The position numbers were made by a program, and so were the translations under genes. A stretch of 63,773 nucleotides of DNA, counting the filler, from Sphacelaria rigidula (lineage: Eukaryota), in NCBI GenBank assembly GCA_964200075.2. It is 10 parts of 10 records of this genome, joined end to end, with 100 filler letters (N's around TTAATTAATTAA, not from the genome) between each part and the next. Parts side by side here need not be neighbours in the genome. Positions count along the whole stretch, not along the records: positions 1 to 6,288 come from CAXNAA020020997.1; positions 6,389 to 12,676 come from CAXNAA020020998.1; 8 more parts are not named here. One strand, given 5' to 3'. Under the pieces are notes generated by a model. The model worked only from the letters and a program-made list of their open reading frames with translations. It had not been told where the DNA came from and did no database searches. Below, piece by piece: positions 1 through 11,627 of the stretch (positions within the stretch are counted from its first letter, which is position 1; each line of letters begins with the position of its first letter).

Positions 1-599
1 AATGAACCCAAAAAGACCCAAGACGAGAACACAAGATAGAAAAACCCAAAATAAACAAATAAAAACACACACAAAAAAAAAAAAAAAAAAACGAACGGAG
101 TCGAACCGAAAAACAAGAATAAAACAAACAAAACAAAAAGAACAAGGGGAATCAGGGAAAGGAAAAAGAAAGGGGAGGAACTGAGAAGAGCGATACAAAA
201 TGTATATATAACGTAAGGAAAACGAGAAATAGCCGGCCTCGACATGGCTCCGGGAAAAGGGCCATGCGCAAAACTCACACACGCAAAACAAAACAAAGAG
301 ATCATTACTTCCTTATATCTTCTCCAGCGCGATACGAGTGGAAACAAGCTTGTGTTATCGATTGACGAAGATTAAGCAACTAACTTTATGCTCCTTAGCA
401 CCCATTAATCCACGGTTCGGACGAATAAAATCGTGACTCGCTCATCTTCAACATTTGGACGAATCAATCATACGACTCGTACACAAGTTGTGATTTGTAC
501 ATGTTTTGGTTTCATGACTCGTACGACGCCACCTTGAGTGTACACATTCCCAGTTCGTGATTCGAGCGGTACACCGTCAAAGGTACACGCTTCTTACCT

Positions 600-945
600 C
601 CCATTCGTATGGCGTGAATCGTAGGTACATGTTTTCCAATTTTCATTCATTCAGCATGAGTCATGGGCACACTTGCCCCACCCTCCATTTATACGAGGTG
701 AATCAAGCGTAGATATTTCTCAATTCCCGTCCATTCAGCATCAATCATACGCACGTATTCCCCGCCTTCCTTCCATACGAGACGAACCAAGCGTACATAT
801 TCACCAATTTCCATTCATGCGGCATGAATCATCATACGTACATGTTCCCTACCTTCCATTTATACAAAATGGATCAAGTGTATATGTTCCCCAGTTTTCA
901 TTTATGCAGCGTGAATCATACGTACATGTTAATGTTCATATGAGA
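600..945. repeat. Degenerate ~42-bp tandem array (first block)
   Basis: Recurring unit RTGAATCA..CGTACATGTT(C)CC...TTCCATT; no unique spacers. Confidence 0.7.
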
Positions 946-1444
946 TAAATATTGTAATTATATTATTTCCTATCTCTTATTTCATGGGGCGCGACTTTTT
1001 GGTGGCGCGGCCCTTTTGCAGGTGGGGTAGGCAAAAAAGAGCGTACAGGTCGTGAACTGCTCAAGAGCCAAATCTTCAATAAACCCAACTTGAAATATTT
1101 TACTCACACAGAACACATCAACTATGGTAGTACAACACACCCGTCTGCGTGCCCAGAGCGTTTTTTCTACGTTAGCCAGTTTTCTCCTGGAGCTATGCTG
1201 TTGACAGCCTGTGCGCTTTCATGTTGTGTTCTGTGGTACAGTTGACCCGAGCATACTGTATACAATACCACGAACACTTGCAAAGAACACAGCACCAGTA
1301 CGAGTTGTTCTCGCATGCTCGCCGGAGTTTTCCGAAAACTCTGGCAGCGTACTCTGCAGTCGGCGGACAATACGGTACGGTATAGTATGGCACAACACGC
1401 ATCTGCGCGCCTAGAGTGATTCTTTTAGCTGTTTATTCCCTCAT

Positions 1445-1790
1445 GATTCATACAGCATGAATCACGTGAGTCATGTACGTGTTCCGCACCTTGCGTTCGT
1501 GAGCATGAATCATAGATACATGTTTCCCACCTTCCATTCATACGAGGTGCATCAAGCGTACATGTATATCCCCTTCTATCCATACGAGATGAATCACACG
1601 TACGTGTTTCCCCATTTCCGTTCACGTAGCATGAACCATACGTACATGTTCTCCGCCTTTCGTCCGTCCGAGGTGAATCAAGCGCACATGCTTCCCTATC
1701 TCTGTACATGCAGCATGAATCGTGCGTACATGTTCCCCATCGTCGATTCATACGAGACGGATCAAGTGTACACGTTTCTCACCCGAGATT
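1445..1790. repeat. Degenerate ~42-bp tandem array (second block)
   Basis: Units start at ~1456, 1503, 1547, 1589, 1631, 1672, 1715, 1758; same consensus as 600-945. Confidence 0.75.
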
Positions 1791-2228
1791 CACATAGGAA
1801 ATGTGATTCGTACATATTTTACACTCTTGATTCGTCTGATACTCCTTGAAGTGTACACATTCCCACTTGGCGATTCGAGCGGTATAACCTTGAGCATACA
1901 ACTTTACCATCCGTGATTCATACCGGATGAATCTTTGCTACGTGATTCGCATTCAACATCCATGGGGAGTCAGCCCGTATGAACTCTGATTCGTCCGAAC
2001 GGTGCATGAATCGCTCACTCTGAGCGAAATACGCCCATTCGCTGTGCATGGGTAGGCCGCGGTACGTTTGCCACTGCGTATGCCGCACGCCCCGTATCGC
2101 GTACACTATTTCCCCTAGGGTACCGACATGCCGTATTTGATATTTTTGGCTGCATCGCTGCAAAATATTTTTTTATTCGTTGTTGGCTTACCCGCCCATT
2201 GAATCTTTGATGTTCTCCTCTGTGGCAG

Positions 2229-4658
2229 ATGCTGTTGGCTGAGCTCGACCAAGCTCGTGCCGCTACACAGAAGACCCTGGAGGACTACGAAAACGCACGC
2301 CAACAGGCTAAATGGATGGAAAGACGCCTTGCAGAAGCTGAGAGTATTTGGCGAGGAGAGAAAGAAACCCTCCTGATAGATCTGGAAGATGCGAAGAAAG
2401 TTGTTTGTAGCAAAGAGTCACAAAAAGCAATGGGTGCGGATGGGACCTCTCGAAGTAACGAACGACCACACGCTGATGCGGCAGAACATCCCCCTTTGAA
2501 AGTTCCTGAGAAAGCGGAGCACGGTACGACTGCGGCAGAACATCCCCCTCTTACAGTTCCCGAAAAAGCGGAGTACGGTATCACTGCGGTAGACGAGACA
2601 TGCAAGCGACTGGTGGACGATGGGTCTGACGCAACGAGTCAAGGGTTGGCAGAAGAGCTGTTGCAACAACTGACGAAGGAGAACAACCTACGGCGCGAAT
2701 CCAAACAACAAATAGAGAATAAAGTGAGTGACACCCTATTTACAAGGTCCACCCGCAGCGATATGCCAAAACAGGAAGAAAAATCTAATGCATCGAGGGT
2801 ACAGTCGGCCATCTAGTGTGTTGTAGCTGACCGATAACGCCACTGATTCGATGGGTACATGCAGTGCGATCGATGTATGTAGAAACGTTGCACAGGCATA
2901 GATGAATGGCAAGATGTGTTTGAAACGGTGCGCATCACGGGATGAGGAATTCGAGCACGCATGATATATATGTTACAGGACGACAAACTTGTGAGAAATA
3001 AGAAGCTAGTGTAGGAGAACGTGGCCATGACACCGTAGTATCTGGTGAACTGTGCTCGTGTTCTCGTAATTTTCACAGCACAGGGCGACTGAACGATGGT
3101 TGCATGTCTGCCATGAAGAACCTTGAATATGCAAGCCTTTCTTACTTACATTGTCTACCCTGCGGTTGCAAAAGGCGTCACGGAGCTGGGAGAAAAAGCT
3201 GGAAGCCGAGAAGCGCATGCTTGTCTTGGCGAAAAAAGTTGTGAGGCGCCAGAGAGAGCGGGTAAAGATGCGCCAACACCATCTTGCCACGTGCCAGAAC
3301 AAATGGCGGGCCCGGCGGCATCACTTCGGGTAATTGGTTGATGTTGGATCTAGAGGCGATCCGATTCGTGTCGAATTCCCGGCGTTTTGACATCAACACG
3401 ACCAAGTACTCTGTGTGTGATATGGGAGGATATGCCTCTGAAGGCGACAGTTCTCCGTCTGCAGTTAACGAAGCTACCTGCGTACAGGTTTTTGCTTTTG
3501 CGTGAATTGTAAGCTAGTGGCTGTTTGCTTGTGTAGTTTTTGTTTCGTTATCGCCAGCCCCTTGAAGTTGTGATGACAAAAGTCTTTGTATCCACATTGA
3601 TGCGGCCGCACGATTAACACATGCGCAGATGCATGTTAACGCTATCACCTGTAGGTTCACCCCGCGCGCTTCGTCGAGGTCTCGTCACCATGCATCACGT
3701 CGTGGTTTGGATGAAGCAAAACGCGAACTGGATGGTGAGGTTAACGAGCTCAACAAAGTCGTCGGACAACTGCGTTCAAGCAAGGACTGGCTTGATAGTC
3801 GCGAGAAAAAAATTAAGATCCTCGAAACATTGCTGCAGTCTGGAGGTTCCAGCTCGGAGTCAAGACAGGAGGAGGGTGCATCGTCTACGCCGAGCTCTCA
3901 TGTTCCATCCTCTTGTGAGAGCGGCACTGTCAGCGAGAGACTTCATGCTCTTCAAGCTATGCAGCAGGCGAGCTAAGTTGCTTGTACCCACACACTCACT
4001 CCCATTCATATTTTGTGTGGTGGTGGTGGATATGTTAGATAAACCCTTCGTGCTACTGTCCAAAACACTGATTCCACCCACACTTGTCCCTTTGCAGGAA
4101 TTGAACAACGACGTCTCCGACTTCACTGTGAGTAGCGTTCCAGAAAGCGGCGATGAAAACCTCCGAAGGCGAGACGTCTGGAATGGAGTGCACCAATCAA
4201 AGCATTGTCCTCGGCACGGGAAAGTCCACCGCAACCCCTTTCAACGAGGCAAGGAAAATGCGCTGCCACCACAAGCAACGTTTGATACGTGTCCACACCT
4301 CCCCGCCTCAGCAGGATTTTGGCCACCACAGTCGTGTCAGTTTTACGATGAGTCACACCGCAGAAAACCCAAGAAAGCTGCATCAAAGAGTCGGTTCGGA
4401 CAGCACCATCGGCAAGGCCAGACCCGTAATCGAGACGATCTACTTTTCGCTGATGGAGGAGTGGTGCACGAGTGCAATGGAACTGATCTGTCGGAGGCTT
4501 CCGAACAAGATCTCCAACGCTGGCTAAATAGGACAGCGGTGAATGTCGGGGCGCACGTGTTGAGCAATGCTTCTGCTCGTGGGAGGTCGAACCAAATATC
4601 GAAAATGACGGTGGAAGGGCAGCAAGCTCAAAGCACGGTTGCCGTTCACGTCGAGTGA
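2229..4658 (+). CDS. CEP164: 3' part of a spliced gene, CEP164-like centrosomal coiled-coil protein (exons 2229-2723, 3175-3329, 3655-3967, 4098-4658)
   Basis: AG acceptors and GT/GC donors join in matching phases (0, 2, 0). The spliced peptide LEAEKRMLVLAKKVVRRQRERVKMRQHHLATCQNKWR...LDEAKRELDGEVNELNKVVGQLRSSKDWLDSREKKIKILETLL follows the pattern I recall for the CEP164 C-terminal coiled coil (L.AE...L..AK....Q......RQ..L...Q..WR...L+.E...L......R.....L..+E.K+..LE..L). Family call from memory only. Confidence 0.6.
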
Positions 4659-5562
4659 GTGCTCCCCGATTAAAGAATAGCTCTATGCCCAAAACGGATT
4701 CCTGCTGGTTCTACTCCCCACCAGCTGACTGACACGCGGTACGCCCATTATGATCGCCTCAACTACGTCGTTCACCACACGATATCGTCGTGAAATATAT
4801 TGCCCTCCGACCGCTTGCTCTACTTCCGCGTTTTTCTCCAGTTGGCTCCGCACACTGAGGCAGGAAATGGCTCTTCTTGGTGGTGGTGCTCCAAGTACCA
4901 AGGTTCGGATGCTCCCCCCGGCTTTGGCGGACGTTTCCGCTGCTGTGGATGCGCTCACCTCTCCCCGCCGAGTGATGAAGACTGCGGTGTCGGCAGGGGC
5001 AAGACGAGCCCAAGACATTTAGTCGCGGCCTCTATGTTGGGTGTACGGTCGCGTCGTCTGTCGATCGGTTCATTACCACTTCCGCCAAAGATGCTGCGTG
5101 TGAACCACGCAGTACGTACAGGGCGTTGTTACAACGTAGCGTGCATAGTTTCGAATCAAACGCATTATGTGTTTACACTGCGCGATATATGGTCGTAAGA
5201 TATATGATGGGCGACCTTTCATGTGATCGGCGTTACACGTGTCTTATGCACGTACCCATAGTCCTGAACCGGTTCAAAGATGGTTATTGATGTGAGACTC
5301 ATGCACGATTGCAGGGATGATCATCTGAGATTTCCACACCCTGGACAATAGACGGCATCTATTGCGATGACAATATAATCTGCTGCAGTAGATGCCAATA
5401 TTGTCGTCCGCGATGGCCATCGATCGGCGAGTTTATCTTTCTATTGTCGTTGGCAATGTCTATCGATCGACCAGTTTCCCACACTCTTGTGTGAACAGCC
5501 GTCTGCTAGGGCCGTACAACGAAATCTATCGCGGCCAACCAAATGCATCGATCGATAGCTTT

Positions 5563-5735
5563 CCAAATGTATTGATGACGGCAATGGCTATCGATAGACC
5601 GCGTGCCAAATATTTTGATGCCGACGATGGCTATTGACAAATTGTATACCAAATGTATTGATGACGGCAATAGCTATTCATAGGTTGCGTATAAATCTAT
5701 GCATGGCGATGAATATCGATAGATATATACCATAA
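5563..5735. repeat. 43-bp tandem repeat, ~4 copies, inside an ATCGAT/GACAAT-rich repeat element (~5335-6288)
   Basis: CCAAATGTATTGATGACGGCAATGGCTATCGATAG-like units start at 5563, 5606, 5649 and ~5692. Confidence 0.75.
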
Positions 5736-6288
5736 TCAACTGTGGAATATAACGCCTACCGACAGATTTTCTCTGCCGTCTATTGCCACACCTACATCGT
5801 AACATACTACGTATAGAGCATATTATACTCCGTAAAGGTACGGTAGAGAAGCCGCAGGTGGACGGACATGCAGTGGATATATAATGATACTACTTGTGAA
5901 TGTATGACATCACGTTTCTACAATTTTGGAACGCTTGTATTTTGTGGGAATCCGCAACACGTGGAGACAAAAGTTTACAACTTTTGTTGTTGGTATGGTG
6001 TTGGTACTTACGGTTGTCCCTCTGATGGACATGAGCGCTTACAGTACTTTTGTGTGTGGGTAAGATGTGCTTATATCCTGGACACTTGACTATGTAATAG
6101 ATTATTGGCGCTGCCATAGCCCCGAAAATTTTACTGTCAATGTTCATTGTCGGTCATAATCGACTGGCATCAAAGTCTATCGATAGCTTTTGTAGGCGAC
6201 AATAGATTCGGGACAAGGGACATGATGTATCATTGCCGTGACAATGGAGGGACCCAGTTGTCTATCGATAAATTTTATTTGTTGCAAT

Positions 6289-6388
6289 NNNNNNNNNNNN
6301 NNNNNNNNNNNNNNNNNNNNNNNNNNNNNNNNTTAATTAATTAANNNNNNNNNNNNNNNNNNNNNNNNNNNNNNNNNNNNNNNNNNNN
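6289..6388. other. Artificial contig linker
   Basis: 44 N + TTAATTAATTAA (stops in six frames) + 44 N. Confidence 0.99.

Positions 6389-6458
<70 letters not shown>
6389..6458. repeat. Poly-A homopolymer at contig start
   Basis: About 70 consecutive A. Confidence 0.9.
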
Positions 6459-6461
<3 letters not shown>

Positions 6462-8762
6462 TTCTGGTTCTCAAGCCGAATGTTACGTCAACAGATTTTT
6501 GGCCGCGGATGTTCAGATTTTGAAATTATTCGTGTTACACCCATCTTATGGGTACGGATTATTCGAAATTTTGGGTGAATAATCCGCGGCCAAGATTCGG
6601 GGCCCAGGTCCCACAGATTTTTTGGCCAACTGGCGAGGGTCGGCAAGCAGATGCACACGGATTTTTGCGTTTTGGCCGGCAGACCGTCATAATGGGGTCA
6701 CGCCGCGTTTTTCTTTCATGTGCCGGCGTGCTGGTTGCGTCTTTGTGAGTGATCCTGTCGCGACCACAATCAACAAAACACGAAGCAACCACACGCGCCA
6801 CCCGACGCGCGATGGACCCCGCTTCGCGCGTACGGGACAACGACACGCCTTGCTCTTCGGTCTCCTGGCAAAAGCATTGCAGAGACGTCGAGAGAGGAGA
6901 CATGTGATGCGCACTGTCTCTGTCTGGCGGATGGTTCTGTGAGCTTTCGAGGAAGATGCCGAGGGGAGCATGGTCGCTTACTTACGTGCTCGAAAGAACC
7001 GGCACTGGTGTTAGTGGGGTGCTGATGACCTCTCTGCGGCAGTGACGCTGTATCACTACAGCACATCACAACAAACGAGATACCTGCGGGGCTATGAGCT
7101 GTTGAAACGCGCTACACATAAAACTCGAAACTCTGATGGAGGTATACAAATCAGAACAGTGTGGTATGAAAATATGTGTGATGTCATAAGATGGTTCCGG
7201 AACCCAAACTTGCCGCGGATTTATTTCACCAGGGTTCAAAAATCTGTGGGCGAAAAATCTGTTGCCATAACATCCGACTCAATCCTGAAAAGTCGACAAT
7301 AACAGTTTTGATGAACAAAACCCATTTTCGCGGCAGTGCTAACGCGAGTTTGTCGTCATAGTTCATGATTGTCGCATCACCCAAGGATTGAAGTTCGTGC
7401 TACGGATACGGTTAGGGTATGTTGCAATTTTCCCAAGGTTGTGCTTTTGTAGAGTGCAATGTTTTTCAAGGGTGTGTTGGGTCGGATATTTCCCGTATCT
7501 GAGTATTTTGGAAAATCGTACTCTTAGTACCCATCGTTGGGTAGATTGTTCACATTGTATTCAACAATGCCCAGGTATTGGGTAAGGTAATGCGATCGTA
7601 TCTAAGCTTACCCAATTTTTGGGTAAAAATTGGAGATCGGACTATCGCGACACGAAATTGGGGAGAGTAAATACCCTGGTATTTACCCGAGACAACACAC
7701 CCTTTGATATCTTGTATACCAGGGATATTACCCGGATATTACCCGGGTATTCGATCATACCCGGCAGTTTTGTGCGTTCTGTAAGCCTCTCATACCGACA
7801 CACGAGAGTCGTAAGTTCCGTAAGAAAATATCATACCCTGTCGAACATGCCTGTATTATACAGAACACAACGTCGCAACTTTCGGTTAGGGTATTCGCAG
7901 TTCCATGTTTTTGTCAGCCATGGAAAATTCTTGACAGGCGGACTCGTGTTAAACCGCCTCCTCTTTTCAAATACTTGTTGTACTCTTGGGTATTTTTTGT
8001 TCTTCACAAAATCGCGCATGAATCCGAAGTTGTTTCAACCCCTCATGGTATACCACGCTTTTTGTGCATAGAGCGGATAACCCGTGGTCCAAATGTTTTA
8101 GCACGATCAGCTTCTATTGCCTCTCTCGTATAATGTATACCGTGACTTTGGGGCAGACCCCAGTTTCGAGTAAGTTTTGCTGTCGGAAAGTCACCCAAAA
8201 AAATGATTTTTTTGTATCCCTTTATTATGGAACAACTACGGACTAACGCCATTCGATCGCCGTAACTGCCAACAGGCGGACCTGTCAAGCACTGCTTGAA
8301 CTAACCTACGTTACAGAGAATTTCGACTGATCGTAGTACTTGTTGATTGCTCCCCGGTGTATCATGTACTCTCCGTTTCGGGGCCCCCACTTTTAAGCAA
8401 ATGTTATATATTGCAAGCTACCCAAAAATCAAACTGCTGGCCCCGGACACCCTACATTTCCCCCGCCCCGCCCCTTCTCCCGCTCCCCTACCTTGCCGTG
8501 ATTATGGTGGTGCTGCGCTTTGCAGCACACGGGGGGACAGGCGGCCGATATGGAGGAGCAAAAGAACAAACATACGTGTTGTTTCGCGGTCGATGTCTTC
8601 GACGATGCCCAGGTGCGTTCCGTGGCACATACATACACTTATCCACCCCCCTGAAAATTCCGGAGTGTCATCCCCCATCTGTTGAATCGGCGCGCAATTT
8701 GTGTACTCTATGAATGGCTGTCAGATATATATATATATATATAGCTGTGTCGTCTAAACATG

Positions 8763-10090
8763 TACTGCAGAAGGCCTACGATTCCGTATACCGCACGCTC
8801 CTCTGGGAAGTGCTTGCGCGGCTCGGAGTCCCGCCGCAAATGATTACGATTATCCGTATGTTTCACGACGGCATGCGAGCTCGGGTACAGCTGGGTAGTG
8901 GAGAACTACCAGCGTGGTTCCACGTTTGCCAGGAACTCGGGCAAGGGTGCGTTTCGTCTACGCTGTTGTTCAACATCGTCGGCGCAGCCTTGGTCAACGT
9001 GATCGTCCAGCGGTTGGCAGCGGACGCAGCCATCGTCTCAGACTTGGTTTTCCTCGATGATGCGCCGAAGATGACGATGACAAACTTCTAAAAGAGACAC
9101 CGCTGGAGGGGGTACGGCGCGCGGTGTGGGCAATGCTTTGTGCGGATGACGCCGACGTAGTCTCGAGGTCTCCAGACGGCCTTGCTAGAACGATGGCCGT
9201 GGTAGTAGTCATCTACCAGGAGTTTGAATTGACGATATCGGAGAGAAAGACAGAAACCGCCCTGCGTCTTAAAGCCCAGCTATCCTTGAAAGTCCGACTG
9301 CTTGAAGCGGAGGTTGTGAAAGCTCTGTTACACGGATGCATCAGCGCGGCTGGTCAGCTGTATAAGCGGACGACCAAGTTTGCTCATCCTTGGTGCCGTC
9401 AACACAGTTAGGAAAATTTCCATCGCAATCAATCGCCGCATCAGCGCGGTGTGGGCACGTCTCGAAGAGTAAAGTTCCCAACTCTACGATCGACCTAACT
9501 AACGCCCAGCTATCCTTGAACGTCCGGTTGCTTGAAGCGGAGGTACAGTAGTAAAAGCTGTGTTGTACGGATGTGCCACATGGAAGTAACGTTCCCGAGG
9601 GCTTCGGCAGTCTGCGCACTGCTCATCACAAGCTTTTGCGACGAGTGGTTGGATCCCGTAGGAAAGATCGAACGGACTACATGACTCTTTCCTACGCAGC
9701 TGTGCTCGAGATGACCAACTGCAAACGCATCGAGGCGACTACCAGCAAGCATCATCTCTTGTTCGCGGGGGCCCTTGTCCGGCAGGATGAAAGACGCCTC
9801 CTTAAGCATATCATCCACGGACGGCTGTCCCCACAACGGCTCAAGAAGGCTAGCCGCCCCCCCAAACACTGGGGAACAAACTCCAGGAGAACCTATGTAA
9901 ACTTGGGACTTCCCCTCGCGAAGGAGCTCGACGTAAATGGATCGCCTACGACGCGGAGATTAACGACACACACGATTGGGTCACTGTGGCGGAGAATTTG
10001 AGCATATGTCATCTTGGAGTCAAGGAAGGGGCGAAAGCGTCTGAGGACACGTGGCGACGCGAAGACAAATGAGAATCGGACCGCCGTCAT
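8763..10090 (+). mobile_element. 5'-truncated, frameshifted RTE-clade LINE reverse transcriptase relic
   Basis: RT motifs across frames: LQKAYDSV.RTLLWEVLARLGVP..MI.IIRMFHDGM.ARV; QELGQGCVSSTLLFNI (QG..QG motif); MLCADD (decayed YADD); FELTISERKTE; then LSL.VRLLEAEV..LLYGC and HHKLLRRVVG. Multiple stops and frameshifts. The probable 3' UTR runs to ~10925. Confidence 0.9.
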
Positions 10091-10268
10091 GAACGAGAGG
10101 CCGCTGCGTCGAGAGCCGCCGATCGGAGAGATGTCCTCGCCAGCACAACAATAGCAACAGCTAGCGGAGAACCTAAGATGGAAATTACCGAGAAAATGGC
10201 CCGCCTTGTACCCGACTAGTAGGGATGAATGCGAGAAGCCGGGCTAACATGGAAACTGATGTACCTCT

Positions 10269-10709
10269 AACACGGGATTTTACAAATTGGGGATGGATTT
10301 TTTATTGGGGATGAGAAATCCGGAGAATTCAATTTTCTTATCCACATCAAATCTTCGAAATATGGTTCCATTTCTTCACTTGCTGGTAGCTATTGACAAC
10401 CACTACACGCGATACAAATTTGGATCTCGATAACCGAAATGTTGGGGTCCCAGGTGAAAAACCAATTTTGGGGAATTTCGGCTATCTGATCGGATCATGT
10501 AAATCCCCCAAGATTGTTTCTGCACCTAGGACCCCAACATGTCGGTTATCAGGATCCAAATTGGTATGACGTGTAGTAGGTGTCATTAGCTACCAGTAGG
10601 TGAATAAGTAGAACTATATTTCGAAGATTTGGTATGGATACGAAAATTTTAATTCCCCGGGTTCTCATCCTCCTCAGAAAATCCTCCCCAATTTGTAAAA
10701 TCCCGTGTT
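10269..10709. mobile_element. Foldback MITE (~440 bp, ~210-bp arms) inserted in the LINE 3' region
   Basis: AACACGGGATTTTACAAATTGGGGA ... TCCCCAATTTGTAAAATCCCGTGTT; complementarity continues inward to a ~20-nt centre. Confidence 0.9.
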
Positions 10710-11097
10710 CCCTGTTTTTTCCCGTTGATTGTTGAGGGTGTCCTTGGTCGGTGGTTTTGGCGATGCTCCCTGGTGTGTTTGTCTAGTACCCGCTCTACTG
10801 TACTGTGTCCTATGCGTTTAATTACGTCTGCAGTACACTTCTTCTCTGTTCTCGCTTTTCCGTCACCTTCTCTCTTTCCCTATGTGTGTGTGTGTTTCCC
10901 CCGGTGTATGCAAGTAGCATTTTAATGCCTCGCTTCCGTAGGGTTCATGGATGAGAGCTTTTACTCAAAATTGTGCGGTCGAAATGAATGAGCCACAACC
11001 TGTTCCCAAGATTTGGTGTGCTTTTTGCGCAAGATTTTTTCCATCGAAGCTATCTTGCAGAGGCTGTCCACTTTGTTATTTCTTGAATTTTCTCTGC

Positions 11098-11458
11098 CGA
11101 TCGACCCGGTGGCTCAGTTGGTAACCTCGACCCGTTCTGACGGTTGGGTCGTGGGGTCGAATCTCGGTGCAATCACACGATCTGGTTTTTTTTTCGCTCA
11201 CACCATGCCCAACAGTGGAGGGCGACTATGTCGTGGGTAGACAAAAAATCGATATCACGGTCGACGAGGGAAAGGGACCGCTGAACCCCTCTCGCGATAC
11301 AAAATGAAACAAGCACCGCAGAAGGAAGATGGAGAACTGAAGAAAAAAAAAAAACTATGTTGGCCTTCCTTCTGTGTGACCTCGGCTGAATCACCCACAT
11401 GTACCGAAAGGTACACACTGGCGCCCAGAATAGATGGGACGGCAACACAAAAAAACAC
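11098..11458 (+). mobile_element. tRNA-derived SINE, apparently full length
   Basis: A box TGGCTCAGTTGG (11110-11121), B-box-like GGTCGAATC (11155-11163), ~270-bp body, tail GGGACGGCAACAC(A/AC)n. Second copy at 35943-36292(-), 3' fragment at 44231-44309. Confidence 0.8.
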
Positions 11459-11545
11459 GTACTCCGTGTGTTGTACCTCCATATTTTCTTCGATTTTCTT
11501 CGGTGAGTGTGTCTGATTTGTTTGTTTTTATCTCGGGGTACGTAT

Positions 11546-11627
11546 ATCATGTGAATAATGACTCCTGGGGGATCAGCTAAGGTGCGATAACAATGAATCA
11601 ATGGATGGATCAATCAATCAATCAATC
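11546..11627 (+). repeat. 3' tail of the (AATC)n-tailed dispersed repeat
   Basis: TATCATG...CCTGGGGGATCAGCTAAGGTGCGA + (AATC)n; homologous to 28745-28800, 42484-42530 and 45910-45980(-). Confidence 0.7.

Larger units (their letters stand above)
411..2004. mobile_element. Non-autonomous hAT-like DNA transposon with internal tandem arrays
   Basis: 16-bp TIR CACGGTTCGGACGAAT (411-426) vs ATTCGTCCGAACGGTG (1989-2004), 1 mismatch. Flanked by near-identical 8-mers CATTAATC / CATGAATC (8-bp TSD, CA..TG ends). A diverged inverted copy of the right end lies at ~40934-41213 in another contig. Confidence 0.65.

Noticed and set aside
2..184. Lys-rich 60-aa ORF
   Set aside because: A-rich low complexity; probably the reverse complement of an intronic pyrimidine tract.
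1445..1790. CRISPR-like periodicity (also 5563-5735, 33440-33660, 52226-52283)
   Set aside because: Whole units are degenerate tandem copies with no unique spacers, there are no cas genes, and the context is eukaryotic.
3621..4097. 345-aa ORF 3621-4658 as one protein
   Set aside because: Only 4098-4658 fits the spliced model; the 5' part overlaps the true exon in another frame and an intron.
4683..5018. Minus-strand 111-aa ORF as a convergent gene
   Set aside because: There is an in-frame stop just upstream, no convincing acceptor and no recognisable motif; unresolved.
6333..6344. TTAATTAATTAA as a biological repeated motif
   Set aside because: It is a six-frame stop linker always embedded in 44+44 N.
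7022..7050. Hammerhead ribozyme core CTGATGA
   Set aside because: No stem II followed by GAAA.
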